Source of the DNA: Eledone cirrhosa
Lineage: Eukaryota
Assembly (NCBI GenBank): GCA_964016885.1
Contig: OZ024741.1
Coordinates: 390,600,001 to 390,664,000, forward strand
Length of the DNA stretch: 64,000 nt
Reading direction: 5' to 3'
Shown: piece by piece, positions 39,166 to 53,331 of the stretch
Layout: each line of letters begins with the position of its first letter
Position numbering within the stretch: the first letter of the stretch is position 1
Made by a program: the position numbers and the translations under genes
Notes under the pieces: generated by a model
Seen by the model: the letters and a program-made list of their open reading frames with translations, nothing else
Databases searched by the model: none
What the model was told of the DNA's origin: nothing

Positions 39166-39359
39166 CCCTTTTAATACCGACATGCCAAAACTTGCCTTTG
39201 GTTCTATAAAACAAAACCACCAATTATAAAATCTTTCTATTTAAAGTAAAACCTTCCAACTCAATTTTATTAAGAACCTTTGTTGTATTGTAAATACCTC
39301 CAGATTTATTGATTAATTAAAATACAGTGTATTTCATTACAAATATGGTTATTAAAGGG
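39166..39359. mobile_element. piggyBac-like MITE
   Basis: TTAA|CCCTTTTAATACC ... GGTTATTAAAGGG|TTAA. Confidence 0.8.
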
Positions 39360-39707
39360 TTAAATTAGTTTAGTTGAATTTTAAGAAGCTAAATTTGACA
39401 AAATAATATTTATTTTGATAAAATTGATATCATTCTCCAGCATTATAAATCAAACTTGTTCAATCATAGATCGATAGCTAACAATCAGTTAGCTTTTTTT
39501 AAACATTATCATATAAATAGGTAAACTATATGAAAGAATATATGTAACAAATGATAAAATTGATACCAATGACTGTGTAAATAAAACATTTTTCTTTACT
39601 AAAGCAAGTGAAATATTTATTGCTTCCATGTCACATCAACATTCAATTACTGTCACCATTGCTTATTTAGCAGAATGCTGGGTTGATGTATATATATATA
39701 TATATAT

Positions 39708-40360
39708 TGTAAAGGAGCCTTTTCATGTCTAAATACTCCTGCGTCGAAAGTCACCAGTTTTAACAGGATGGTTTTAAGAGTAGATGTATCACCACGAAGT
39801 ATTGAGGTTAGGCGGCTGTGATAATACCTCTGGAAGGAATCCTTCCATATCACATTTAAAGGCACTGCTGTGGTAAAAGTTTGGTAGTAAGATGTTAGGG
39901 TCACCATTTTTAGTGAGCTAGTCCCAGGGTTACCTACTCCAGTAAATACCACCGGATCCCAACTATTAAATTTAATCGAAATATGAGGTAGGAGAAATTT
40001 TGTATAACCCCATGTCGTGTGAGAATTATCTCTCACTACAAAGGTAATGATTAAAAGTATAACCAGTTTCTCAAAGCAAGTATCAAATATAAATTTTCAT
40101 TTATTGTAGTTCCATGTTACAATTGTGGTAAACAAATATCCTCGTACATAATTAGGTACAATCCTGATCCATAAGAGGTGGTTAGAGAAAGATTAGCATG
40201 CTTGCTCTCAATGTTAACCGTTTGAGAAGAAACCGCCAGAAAGAGAAAAAAGGATTTGCGTTCCCTTTTTTATAATACCTTGTGCGGAAGTTACAAGGAA
40301 GGTTCTAGAATTTCGACGGGAAGTAACTCTGGCTACTTCCCTTGTCTAGAGAGCGCTACA
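39708..40360 (-). mobile_element. 3' LTR region of a minus-strand Gypsy element (may be composite)
   Basis: Minus strand starts TGTAGCG right after a PPT; TATAAAA at ~40270 and AATAAA at ~40100; ends ..TTTACA next to (TA)n; second TGTAGTG start at 40040. Confidence 0.65.
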
Positions 40361-40930
40361 AGACTCCCCTCTCAGACGAGAAGTCTAATAACCAATCGAA
40401 GATCATTGTAGCGAGAACATGTAAGAAATGAGGAGCAAAACAAAAGGTACAAGAACATGAAAGAATAAAACATGAGCAAGCAAATAGCAAAAATGAGCAT
40501 AAAACAAGTAGTAATGCATTTTTACAAAGAATATGTTTGAATGTAACAATTGATAAATCATAGTCAATACAAAGGAGCAGAGAAAATTGATGCTCAATGG
40601 TAAAATCAATGTTTTTCAAAGTCAAATAGTTCATCCTTTACTAGTGTACAGACTTTCTGACACTAGTTCTATCTGAAAACTGAAAAAAAAAAGGTATGTA
40701 AATGCCACTAGGGGTTAAAAGTATATTGTTTTTGATAGTTTTTGTGGCCATTTTACCGTCCTGCCACCTCGTGTGTCATAAGGTTGTGTGGTATGTGGTG
40801 TTTGCGGTGGAGGTGAAGGTGTTGGCATAGGAGTGTATGTACGAGGTGTATCAGGCAGTGTGATGAACCACATCATTATCTACGCCTGCTCGTGGTTCTA
40901 CCGCGTGTTTCATAGCTGCCCCTGGAAACC
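40361..40930 (-). mobile_element. Gypsy 3' internal region: integrase C-terminal tail, 3' UTR, polypurine tract
   Basis: Minus reads ..PTPSPPPQTPHTTQPYDTRGGRTVKWPQKLSKTIYF* (TRSGR-type end); PPT GAGAGGGGAG abuts the LTR. Confidence 0.72.
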
Positions 40931-40945
40931 AGTTTCATTCTCTTC

Positions 40946-42772
40946 TTGCCTCGTTTCTCCGAGTTAACTGACATTTCATTTAAACCGCACCAAGTAGTCC
41001 ACTCGACTCGACATTTTATTACAACAACTGCTCCGCCTGTTTTCTCTCGTCCACGTAGGCTTGCTCCATACAGGCTAAAGAAAACCAGGGATGAGTTTGA
41101 TCACATGCTTCAGCTTGGTCTTATACAACCGTCAACCAGCCCATGGGCATCTCCGCTTCATTTAGCTCGTAAGGGTGAGGCGGATTTTAGACCTGTGGGA
41201 GATTATAGACGACTTAATGCTATCACAACACCTGATCGTTATCCTTTACCAAATTTACAGGATTTTTCATCCGTTCTGCATGGATGCAAGATATTTTCTA
41301 AAATAGATCTGGTACGTGCATACCACCAGATACCCATGCATCCAGAAGACATACCAAAAACAGCTGTGACCACCCCTTTTGGTTCGTTTGAATTTCTATC
41401 CATGCCTTTTGGTTTGCGGAATACTTCTAGTACGTTCCAGCGTTTTATCGATGAAGTCACGCGTGGATTGGATTTCGTGTTTGCTTACGTTGATGATCTC
41501 CTGATAGCCAGTGATTCGGCTGAGCACAATCATCAACATCTATCTCAGTTATTTCAACGTCTCCAATCGTACCAAGTCAGAATCAACCCAGCTAAATGTG
41601 TGTTTGGTACAGATTCACTGGAATTCCTTGGACACCTTATAGATTCAGAAGGCATTCGTCCTTTGCCATCTAAGGTAGAGGCGATTCAGCAATTAGCACC
41701 ACCAACATCCTTGAAACAATTACGCCATTTCTTGGGATTAATTAACTTTTATCGTCGCTTTATTCCTAACTGTGCGGACAAGTTGTTCCCCTTGACAAGG
41801 TTTTTAAAGGCTGCAAAAAAGAAAGATGCTCCTATTTCACTTTCTGCTGATGCTTTGCAGTCTTTTGAATCCGTCAAGTCTGAGCTAGCTGAAGTTTCCT
41901 TACTCGCCCATCCTGTTGCAAACGCGAGACTTTCCTTATCTATTGATGCATCCGATCATGCTGTTAGTGCAGTTTTGCAACATGCAATCGATTACCAGGT
42001 TCAACCACTGGCATTTTTCTCACGCCAACTAAAACCAGCAGAGCAACGATACAGTACTTTTGACAGAGAGCTTTTAGCGATTTATCTTGCTGTGAGACAT
42101 TTCCACCATCTTCTTGAAGGTCGGGAATTCAAGGTATTCACAGACCATAAACCACTCACATTCGCTCTTCAAACCAAATCCAACAGGTACTCTCGGAGAG
42201 CGTATAGGCATCTGGATTTCATCTCACAGTATACCAGTGACATTCGTCATATGGCTGGAACTGTCAACATACCTGCGGACGCACTATCTCGACTTTCTGT
42301 GTGTTCTCTTGCGTCTCCTGCACATATCGATTTAGTTGCCATAGCAACCGACCAACCTACTTTGGATTCGTTGGACATTTCTTCTACCCAACTTTCCTGC
42401 TGTAAGTTTGATTATTTACCTCTTCCATCTGCTGAAGGAAAAATTCTTTGTGATATTTCTTCTGGTTCACCCCAGAGTGTTTGTTCCGGATTGTCATCAG
42501 CAGACCGTTTTTAATGCACTTCATTCCTTCTCGCATCCCGGCATAGCTGCCACGGTGAAGCTTATTACGGCTCGATTCTTCTGGCCTAACATGCATCATT
42601 TAATCATCAGTTGGGCACGTTCTTGTTTGAAGTATCAGCGCTCTAAGATTTATCGGCATGTCCGCGCTCCTCCTCTTAGGAAATTCAGCCCGCCAGACGC
42701 ACGTTTCCGTCATATTCACATGGATATTGTTGGTCCGTGGCCCGTTAGTCGTGGGTTCACATACATATTGGC
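40946..42772 (+). mobile_element. pol: Ty3/Gypsy pol fragment (RT, RNase H, N-terminal integrase), CsRN1/Kabuki-like
   Basis: [55 protein letters not shown]; after a frameshift HSFSHPG..WARSC and HMDIVGPWP; truncated in the integrase core. Confidence 0.95.
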
Positions 42773-42960
42773 TAGTGATTTCACGACGAAAGAAAGTTAG
42801 GTGTTTACCTTTTCGAAGAGAGCGATTTCTCAAATCCACGCGGGAATTTTTCCCTCCGGGTGCGTAGGCATACATTCTCTTTAACTGGCACTGATTGGCT
42901 GAGCTGAGCCAAATCACGCACAGAGAATGTATGTGAGCCCGCGGAATGTAGGTCACTACA
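42773..42960. mobile_element. LTR-like segment ending in ..GGTCACTACA, with internal hairpin
   Basis: TAGTGA..TCACTA terminal complementarity; CCAAT box on minus; IR CATACATTCTCT (42869-42880)/AGAGAATGTATG (42922-42933). Confidence 0.55.
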
Positions 42961-43729
42961 CTTATACTAAGTTTCTTGGGAGTTTTTTCTAGATATTTTC
43001 ATTTTGTATTCTTTACCATACTGTTTTCCCCACACTTCTACTATTTTATGATGTTCACCAGGAGAGTAAGAAGTCCATTGTAATATTTATATACCTACTA
43101 CATTCCCAGTGATTCTTTTACATTTTCTCATAAAAGAAAACATTAACTCTTTGGGAACAAGAAAAAAGATATCTTTTGAAATAGCTAATTCAAATAAAAT
43201 ATAGACTCATAGACTGAATACTCTTAAATCCAAGATAACCCTTTTAGTATTCATCATGCAATAAATACATCTGGCCTTTCTACATGACTCCTTACGAGGT
43301 GCTAAATAGGGTGTATATAGTCATGAAAATATATTTTGCCAAACCAAATGTATTTCCAACTGATGAGAATGAAATAAAACTGTCAATAGATAAGTGATTT
43401 GCTGTTTGCACCAACATAGCTGGCAGCCGAAATGAAAAGGAATCCTTTCTTTAACTTAACATCCTGTAATGATTAAGCAGAAAATATCTAAAACACGTTT
43501 GTTAATTCAAATGTTTTAATGTCTTTACTAGTGGAAAGATCATAGTGAAAATTTGTAGTAAAGACTAATTTTTAATGTGATGCAGTCCTAGTCCTACTTT
43601 ATACTTTTCAGGAATGTCTTACTAATATAGTTTCATGCAGTACAGGATGTCAAGAGTTACAGTCGAAATAGCTTAAAGCATTAGGAAAGTTTAACACAGT
43701 ATTTGAATGAAAAAATATCCTTTTACTCC

Positions 43730-44760
43730 AGAAGTCTCAAGCATGCATCCCACAAACTTTTTTTTTTACAGCCCGTGGCAGAACAATTTTCGTGGCTAAA
43801 GTTTTCCTAAAACTTGGTAATTTGTCCCTCACCCCTTCCATACTCTTGCAGCAGCAGCAGTAGTAGTAGTAGCAGCAATAGCATTAAGCTTGGCTTGCTA
43901 ACCTAATGCAAATAGACAATCGAGTCTGACCATGTTTCTACCAGGGTAAGGGTAGAATGTATGTTAATATTTCAGTCGCTTTTACTTCAAAATAAAAACT
44001 GAAAAGTAGAAATATATATCCAATTTATATACATTTAAAAATCATTCTTAATAAGAACATTAGTAAAATCTCCATTGGCTTGTATCGAAAACCTATTGTG
44101 GTGGAGGGGGTCAGTAAGATTATAGCAAACTAACTCACACAACAGAACACGAACAAATTTGTTTTGTTTCATAATGTGAGAAAAGGTAGATTTAACAACT
44201 CATATTGGTGTGGAGGGTGTATTTGAGATGTCAGACATGCACAACAAAACAAAGAAATTGTTTTGTTTCATAAAGGAAGAAATAGATTTGTCAACTAATA
44301 TGGGCATGAGGAAGGTGTACCTGAAAAGGCACACAACACACAAATAGAAAATCGTTAAAAATTGTTTTAAGAGAGCATTGATGAATAAACAGAAATTTTG
44401 AAGAATGACTGTTTTTTGGTCAAAAAAAATCATCACGGCCATTCACTGAAGTTAATTTTATCAAAGACTATTTTAAAAGGTGGTGGAATCCTCTATCCCA
44501 AGAAAAGGAAAATGTTTGAAAGCATAGCTTGCAAGCAATTCATACCAAACACTTAGCTACCACTGTTCAACATTTTGAAAAAAATTTGAATGTACTTGAT
44601 GAAAGTACATGCATTACAAGTACTGCTTACAGTGCTGTCTTTATCAAAGGGGTTGACAAAAAACTTCAATGAAGAATTATTGGATTTACTACCTGTGAAG
44701 GAAATAGAGATGGAGGTGAAATATATTTAGTGAACTAGAAATGTGCATTGAACATGAAGC
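43730..44760 (+). mobile_element. hAT Charlie/Buster/SPIN-type transposase remnant
   Basis: Manual translation KKSSRPFTEVNFIKD and LDESTCITSTAYSAVFIKGVD..EELLDLLPVK, resembling the LDESTD..QLAIFIRGV..EELL motif; left boundary uncertain. Confidence 0.65.
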
Positions 44761-44789
44761 ATTGAACCTGATGAAATTCGTATCAATCA

Positions 44790-45232
44790 GATCTACCAAG
44801 AAAAATCAAAATATCATTCTTTAGAACACCTTTTGAGTCAGTGTTGTATGGATCAGGTACATTGACCCTGACACAAGCACTTGAGAAAAAACTAAAATGC
44901 TTGAGGTTGTACAAAATAAACAGGTGTCAGCGTATTACAAATGAAAGTTTGTTCGGAAACCTGCCCAAGATAACAACTACAATTGCTCAAAAGTTGTTAC
45001 AATTTGCAGGACATTACTGGAGAAGTAATCAGGAAGTTATACACAAGCTACTATTGTGGGAACTAACTCATGGGAGATATAGTAGAAGATGACCTACTCG
45101 AACATTCATTGATTAATTCTCAGATGATACAAACCTCAGTAGGGAGCAGTTGCCAGGAGCAATGGAAAATCATGAATTGTGGAGAGACATTGTCAGGAAT
45201 GTTCAACTGTGGTCGCGATGAAGATGATGAAT
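44790..45232 (+). mobile_element. RTE-group LINE 3' end related to 33300-36400
   Basis: SVLYGSGT, LFGNLPKIT, LQFAGHYWR, LLWELTHG; (GAT)n tail. Confidence 0.75.
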
Positions 45233-46967
45233 ATTATTCAATATTTCATCTAATAATGTCTTATATTATCTTATGACAAAATATTCAGCTTCAGTGTAAG
45301 ATGTGGAGAAAACAAAGAAATTGGAAAGAAAAAATATAGTAATACAACTATTGTACTGTACAAATATTTGAGTGTGGTGGTGGAGGGCTTCATATTTGAC
45401 ACAACTGTTGAGTAATTTGACATGAATTCTAGGAATGTAAGATTTTAAATATCTGTCCTTTTAGTTAACAGCAGTCATTAAAGACATTTACAACTTTCAT
45501 TGTAGTTATTGTGTATAGTAGCAACACCATCCCATATTAGTGAATAGTACCTTAATGTGAGTTACTCTAATCAGGTCTGAAATATGTTCTTGTATTCAAG
45601 ATGAACTCCTCAGAGTCAACGCCCATCCACCCCAACTATGAGTTAAATAGCCTCACGAATCTGCAACTGGCCAAGCATAGTGAGTATGGCTACACCCCTG
45701 ACATGACCAAAACCAAACAAAAAGTGGTCAACTAGGGAGGAGTTCCTCCAAGAGAAGTGAGAAGGCCCTGGATTGGATTGTATTAAATTTTAACATCATA
45801 AATACAAGATTGACATTAGACCATTTTTATCAACATTGAGAAATTTCAAGGTTTTAATGTTCCAAATATTATTATATATTAGTTAGCAGAAACAGTACCC
45901 AAGTAAGAAATTCTTTCAAATGCTCCAGTGACTCTCCCTAGAAATAGTTAATAGTTTCTGTTACTTAGGTGTGGATGTGCATGTTCCAAACATATAGTAA
46001 TCAGAGTAAGAATGAGATAGGAAAATTCAGGAAGCTATTATTTCCTCTGCTGGCAACAAAAGGATTATTTCTCCCAGTGAAGGGCAAATTCTGACATTTG
46101 TGTATAAAGTGCAATGTAGAAGGGTAGCAAAATATGGACAGTCAAATGGAGGGTGTGCAACAGCTGCAAAGAAATGAGGAGGCAAGTATACTTTACTGGT
46201 TGTGTAAATGTGGTGTGTTTGAATAATGAAATACAAAATTGAGAGAAAAACTGGGCACAAGTATGCTCTTGTACAAACAGTTGGGTATAAAAATGACCTT
46301 GAGAAAATGAACCTTATGAAGGAAATAACAAAAGACCACAAAAAGTGGTGAGACACTGTGTTGTAGAAAATCCACCCCAACCAAATATAGAAGTATTCTC
46401 TTGTAGAATACTATAGAATTATTTTTTAAATGGCAAACTAGTAATTAGACCTATCTGAAAAGCAACTAGTTCGTATGATAACTAACATCGATTCACACTG
46501 CACATCCACAATACAATAATTGTAGCATTAAATAAAACTTAATCAACTTATTAGACATATTACAACTGAAACAAACATTTACATTATGGCATCTGTATCA
46601 AAGAAATTTGGATCATCATCATCATCATCATCTTTTAATGCCTATTTTTCCGCGCTTGCATAGGTTAGACAGGATATCACCTTATAAAACAATTCAGATC
46701 TGGAGGCCATGTCATGCTCATATGGATCTCTATTTTGGCTTGGTTTCAATGGCTGGATGCCCTTCCTAACAATTAATATAATGGTTATACATAATAAAAG
46801 GAGAAAGATATTTTTACATTTATTTTGCAATTTTGACAGTCTTTCCAAAGTTCCTATTATGATGTGGGAATAATAACCACTTTTGGTTAAGTAAAAAGAT
46901 GGGAGGCGAGACAAGTGAAAATAAAAAGATAATACAGAGTAAGGTGATGAGATTTTCAGTCAATAAT

Positions 46968-48605
46968 TCATGAGAATCCATTACCAATCCTATGAATGAA
47001 TTGTGCGCATCTCAGACAGGCCCGGCCGATGGCTCTTCCATGTCTGTAGAGCTTATCCCCAACTGGCAAAGTTCCCCAGTAGCACTGCCAGGCCAGGGAT
47101 ATCTGGAAATTATCCATGGGCCCTGAACCGAAAGTCCTCCTGAAAAGAGTGGTTAGTTGATTTTTGTCAATGTCTAGAGTTTCCCCAAGAATGTTGTCAC
47201 TTTCATCTGCCACTAACCCTCTATAGAACGCCAAGGTAGAGTTTATACCAATCATACTACCTGATTGGCAGAGGAGTGTGAGCACCTGAAGACATTCCAG
47301 TTTCCAAGCGCTCCCACTTGGTCTCTGCTTGACCCAGGAATGCAGCTCTGTCAAGAAGACAAGCTGGGAGAACATGTGTGTGCTGAATGGCACCCACAGC
47401 GGTACACTTTTAAGGAAAAGATTGAGATGTCATAGCCTCAACGCATGTTTGTGCATCATCAACCACAGGATTCCCAGTCCTCCACCAGTGGGTGTTGACA
47501 GCAGATGGACCACCTGACCATTGGAATGCATCTCCTCCACAAAAAGTGGAAGAGGAAACACTCCTGTGTAGTCAGACATAGTTTCGGACAAGGTATGATG
47601 ATCAGGTGGTAGTATATGTACATGTTTGCCACCTCTGCCCTATCTTTTAGGGATGGCTTTCTCTCAACCCATTTCTGGGCAAGATTGGCCACTTTGTTTG
47701 TCACTATGTCCCAGTTTTTGTCCATCTAGATGTCTGAACTGAACCAGGCATAGACCTGCCTCTCCAGGTGCCGTGTTACAGGCCCACCAACATTTCCTAG
47801 TTAATTTTCGCTACTGTCAGCACTTGATATTCCCAGGGAGCAGTGCCAATCACCTCAACGTGTTTGGTGCTTGACACTACAATGGTGACATAATCGGCAT
47901 TAGCTGACATAGATCTCCCATGTCCAAGTTCGTGGAGAATGCTCTACAACATCTCTAGTTTGTGCAGTAGTGGCTAGAGAGGGGCTAGCTTTGGAGGACC
48001 GAGCGCATGATATTGAATGGTTCTGAGAGGCAACCATTCACTCTAACAACAGAGCAGATGTCGTTGTGCATAGCAGCGATCCATCCTCTGAAAACAAGCA
48101 CAAAGATCGGATTGTGGCTGTTGCCACGCCATGCCTCCATCACAAAGGCCCATTGAATGGCTTTGGTCCCTTTGTGTCTAAAACCGCATGCCTTAACTCT
48201 AACAATGCAGCCTTTGTGCTTAGCCTGGAAGTATTGATCCAGAGCCAATCTCGTTGCAAGCACATCAGTTGCAATGCCTCGGCTAATTGCCTATCTAGTT
48301 TTTTAACTAGATCTCCATCTTTATTTTGTCTATTGCTACAGCTTTACTCAACCTTACCAATTCTACTCTAATGGCTCTTTTGAGGGTGTAACACCACTTA
48401 TTATTGGTGATTGTTCCCGTCAATAACAGCTTAACCTATTCACTAATCCGGTCTCTGTAGGATTTACACACCAGAAATTTGACGTTCAGCTTCCAGTAAC
48501 CAGGTCCCTACCTATAGAGCTTCACTAGATCTACCACACAAATCACAAATTTATGGTCTGTGTAGTGGACTATTTTAAAATGTGGACTACCTATGCTATC
48601 TTTAT
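46968..48605 (-). mobile_element. Degenerate Tx1/L1-group LINE ORF2, internally deleted
   Basis: Minus ORFs LALDQYFQAKHKGCIVR, VRVNGCLSEPFNI, LPVGDKLYRHG..CLRC, GPGYWKLN; homologous to 62273-64000 and 59414-59870. Confidence 0.85.
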
Positions 48606-49237
48606 CTATATGTCGGCATTATAAAATCCAAGCTGCTGACAAGTGGTACCATCATCACCCTGAGGCTATAACTGAAGGAGAAAAAGTAACGATTGTTTGG
48701 GACTTTCCTGTACATACTGACTGGACCATAAAAGGTAGTAGACCAGATATTATTGTAAAAGACCAACATAATAAAGTCTGTTAATTAATTGATATGAGCA
48801 TCCCATGTGATCACAATATCGCGGCAAAAGGATTTGACAAGCTAAGAAAATATAAATCTTTGCTCATTGAAATTGAAAAAATGTGGCACCTCTAGGCCGT
48901 TACAATACCAGTGATTGTAGGACCACTGGGAATGATCAAAAAAGGAACAGAACAGTATTTGAGAATGATCCCTGATTCACCATCTCTGCACGAGGTGCAA
49001 AAAATTATTTTAACTGGTACTGCACACATATTGAGAAGAGCACTATCTCTGTAAGAATAATATCCCTCCGCACATGCGTGCGTGTTAAGATGTAAATATA
49101 ATCAATATGATGTGTTAACTGGCTTATTAATGTATACAGTGAGTTTATTTGCCCTAGGTGTCAGGAAGATACTCGGCAATAAATGGAAACAATACTGAAG
49201 GGGGAAAGCAAACAATCATAATAATGATAATGATGAT
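48606..49237 (+). mobile_element. R4/Dong-like LINE 3' end (RLE)
   Basis: DKWYHHHPE..VTIVWDFPVHTD..SRPDIIVKD, LIDMSIP, KYKSLLIEIEKMW, IPVIVGPLG; ends in (ATA/ATG)n. Confidence 0.85.
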
Positions 49238-49436
49238 TTGGACACAAGACCAGTAATTTGGGTTGGAGAGAGGAAGTCAGATAAATTGACACCAGTACTT
49301 GGCTGGTACTTTACTTTTCATTCTTCATTGATTGATAAAAGTTGGCCATGCAGGATTTGAACTCAGAATGCAAATAACTGGAATATATGCCACAAAGCAA
49401 TTGTCCAACACTCTAATGATTCCATTAATACACCAC
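49238..49436 (-). mobile_element. SINE family A
   Basis: Reverse complement of the 2044-2232 family. Confidence 0.7.
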
Positions 49437-50559
49437 TCTTAACAAAAACAATAACAACATGAGCCAGGATTACAAATAGCAACACCTAAGCAAATTTACA
49501 AATCTAAGCCAAAATGGAAAATCAAAAAATCAAAAATATATATATACACTCCTATGCGTGAAAGTAACTAAATTTCTCATGAGTGACCTAATAGCAATAG
49601 TTAATGCAACATATCTGAATAAATCCACTCACAAAATTGCTGCCATTAGATGGAAGTGTAGTGTAAAAATAAGTAAATAAATAAACAGTTTGTACAGACT
49701 GTTCCCTATTACCTTAATTACAAAACTGATTTGAAAAATGGTGCTGACATTGATTCAGATAATGAATATTTAAAAACCTAGATTATCATTTTTCTCTTGT
49801 TCATATAAGCTATATAGAACTTTTGTTCTCAATTGTTCATCCAATTTCCATTGCTGCTAGACAGACTACAGCATAATCATCAATTTATCAAACATGTTTT
49901 CCATATTTTCATAAACTGGACAGATATTACTATACCATCTAAAAATATGCTACAACCATGACAAAAGCTACATCTCACCTAAGATCTCATGCCATTGAAC
50001 ATAATTATTACATTTTGGTATATAAAAAGAAAAGGCAGTGAAGATATTATTTTAGATATATATTCCATTTATTGACTAACGTAGTTGTCTTTAACAAGAC
50101 AAATCAGTATTCTAATCGGAAATTAAATATTTAGATCAAGCTCGTTGAATCTTTTAACAGTTACAATCAATTTTTCAAGGCAAGAAGAAATGATTACATT
50201 AGTTAACATTTTAATCTCAGATATAAAAGCTCAAGAGATGAAACTCTTTCAACAAAGATAAAAAACAAAAGTACAATTTTTTCAACAAAAATATAAGAGT
50301 AAAGTGTATAAAAAAAAACATTTATATTTACTGAAACATTTATGTATACCTGAAGAAATTCCAGTTATTTTGAAAACTAAAGAAATTAATACCGAACCAT
50401 AAAATACAATTTCAAAACAAACCATGCATTTTTTATGCAGATGGTGTAAAACCCACACAGATAGTACTGAAGGGACAGTCTTAAAAGAGAACATCTTTGA
50501 AAAGTATATTCTTTGTTCTACATTTGTCACCTCTTTTTTATCTTTATACTCTGATTCCA

Positions 50560-51390
50560 TCAGGGAAATGGCCATGTTCGATATGTAGAAAAGGAACTGC
50601 ATAAATTCCATAGAATGTACGCAATGCAGATCTTGGGTACACAAGAGATGTAGTGGGATAGCAGGCAAACTAACAGGTTGGGAAAACCATGTATGCAGTA
50701 GATGTACAGGGAAAGTTGGCAGTAGTAATCGCAGTGATAGACACATTTTTCCAATGCAGGTGGGGTCTATAGAAGTGGTTGATAGCTTCCGGTACCTAGG
50801 TGATCAGATTAGCATGGGAGGGGGATGTTCCGAGGTCATAGTATCTAGAATAAGGACGGGATGGAAGAAGTTTAGGGAGCTGCTTCCTTTGTTGACAAAG
50901 AAGGGTTTCTCTCCGCGTACGGAAGGACGGTTATATGATGCCTGTGTGAGATGCGCGATGCTGCACGGTAGTGAGACATAGGCAGCAACTGCAGAGGATA
51001 TGCGACGGCTGGAGAGAAATGAAGCAAGTATGCTCCGTTGGATGTGCAATGTCAATGTGCGTGAACGACCAAGCATAGACGAGTTGAGAAAGAAACTGGA
51101 TATAAGAGGTATAAGTTGTGGTGGCAGGAGAGAAGGCTGAGATGGTATGGACATGTGATGCTCATGAAGGATGACCGCTGGGTAAAGAAGTGCCAAGAAA
51201 TCCCAGTAGAAGGAAGACGCAGTAGAGGTATACCATGTAAAACATGGGCGGAGGTGGTGAGAGCAGACCTCAGATCGCTGAAGCTCACCGAGGAGATGAC
51301 GAAGGACCGTGACAAGTGGGGAGATGCTGTGCTGAATAGGACCCATCCAACCCTTGCAAGCAGGGAAAAGCGGACGTAAAATGATGATGA
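50560..51390 (+). mobile_element. PHD-RTE family LINE 3' end
   Basis: GKWPCSICRK..ECTQCRSWVHKRCSG..VCSRC, VVDSFRYLG, RRLRWYGHV; tail CCCTTGCAAGCAGGGAAAAGCGGACGTAAAA(TGA)n. Confidence 0.88.
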
Positions 51391-51394
51391 TCAG

Positions 51395-52300
51395 TAAGAA
51401 CCAGGATGTTGTTGGGATAAAGTGTGTTTGAAATGACATCTGTTCACTGAGCCTCATTGACACTCAAAATAAAGAAGCCTGGAAATGCTATTATGAGAGG
51501 TTGGTGAATGTGGAGAATAAGTGGGAGGAAGAGAGGACCTTCTACCAGCTGACACAACAGAGAGACCAGGTCTATGGTCAAAGAAGTAATCAAGGAAATG
51601 AAAAATGATAAAGCTGCCAGTTCGACAGAGATAGTTGCTGAGATGCTGAAATCAGGTAATACATGATGGAGTCATACCCAATAACTGGCATAGCAGTACA
51701 CTCATTAACTGTTACAAGGGTAAAGGTGATATACAAGGGCGTAAAACAGATGGACTAAGTTTTGAAAATGACAGAAAGAGTACAACTAATTAAGAAAAGA
51801 GAAGTTCCTAGCTTTTGTTAATCTAGAGAGTACCACAATCTGTTATCTGGTGGTCATTAAAGAGACTATGTACTATGATAACATACACCCAATACACTCT
51901 GTAAGGTGATTGGTGTTAGGCATCCAGCCATAGAAACCATGCCATATATGGAGTGTATGCACAAAGCAGGTTGTTCCAACTCATCTGGTATCAGACTATA
52001 ACAAGCTTTCAAACACATACCAGTATGGAAAGTGGATATAAAATGATAATGTTGAAAGTTGTAAATTTGTTTAGTAATCCTTCAATGAGTTTGCATGATA
52101 GCAGTTGGATAAAGAAGTGCCTGAAGTTCCAAAGGAAAGAAAGCCATAGAAGTGGAAGACCAAGGAATACTTGGGCAAATGTGGTGAATGCTGACATCAG
52201 GATGCTGAAATTCACAAAGGAAAGAGAAAAGTGGAAGGAAGCTGTACTGAAGAGAACTCATCAATTCATACAAGCATAGAAAATTAGACATGATGATGAT
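51395..52300 (+). mobile_element. Older degenerate fragments of the same RTE family (pre-RT region and a second 3' end)
   Basis: EAWKCYYERLVNVEN, KAASSTEIVAEMLK, SWIKKC..GRPRNTW; followed by (GAT/GCT)n. Confidence 0.65.
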
Positions 52301-52684
52301 GATGATGATGCTGCTGATGATGCTGATGCTGATGATGCTGATGCTGATGATGCTGATGCTGATGATGATGTATTAGGTCAATCAAGAATTTCATACTTTT
52401 AATAATCTGCAGTTCATGTAAAGCACTCCCTTGTCCAGGGGTTTAACTAACACCATACTTAATCCACAGATAAGGCATGCCAACACAGTTATATGACTGC
52501 AGTTAGAATAATACTCAATAAATAGCATACAACATCTTTATACCTAGTTGACTTTTACTTCTACTTGTTAAGATCGATATTATTCAAAATATGGTTTCTT
52601 CAGTTAAGGAGCTATTCCTCAGAGAATTATACTTGCATTACCATTCCTGCATTCCTTCAAATTGTTCTATTTAATAATTGTTTC

Positions 52685-52853
52685 TACTTTAAGCACAAGG
52701 CCAGCAATTACCCAGTGCATTACTGGTACTTTATTTTATCGACCCCGTAAGGATGAAAGGCAAAGTCAACCTCAGCGGGATTTGAACTCAGATCGTAAAG
52801 GGACGTAACTATGCTGGAAAGCATGGCGTCCGACCCTCTACCGATACTGCCAA
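52685..52853 (-). mobile_element. SINE family A
   Basis: Close reverse-complement match to 2044-2232. Confidence 0.82.
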
Positions 52854-53331
52854 TAATGAAACAAAATTCTATTTACAATGCATAAAATAAATATATAACT
52901 TTTCATGAATAAATTCATCTTTTTAAATAGCAATACAATCAATCTATAAAATTTGTAATTAGAAAGAAGAAGAAAAAACATAACAAAAGAAAAATAAAAA
53001 AAGCTTCCTGAGAAAGTCCCAGCAGTAATTATCCACAGAAAGTAGTAAAATATTTTTTAGAAAAACATTTCCTATTTATATTAAGTTTAATGTAAACAAG
53101 GAGAAAAGTAGTCACTGAATAATGAATATATCAGTTCAAAACATGGAGGTAAACTCCTACTGTATTCTCAGTTATGACTTTAGGCAACAAATATTACCTA
53201 GCTCAGATCATTCAACTGAAGTGAAAACATCAAAACATTTACAAACAGATGCTATTAAGCATTGCAATCAGCTTTCAAAACACTTACTTCAAAAATTCAC
53301 AGAAAAATATCTAAGCATGCATTTAAAATAT

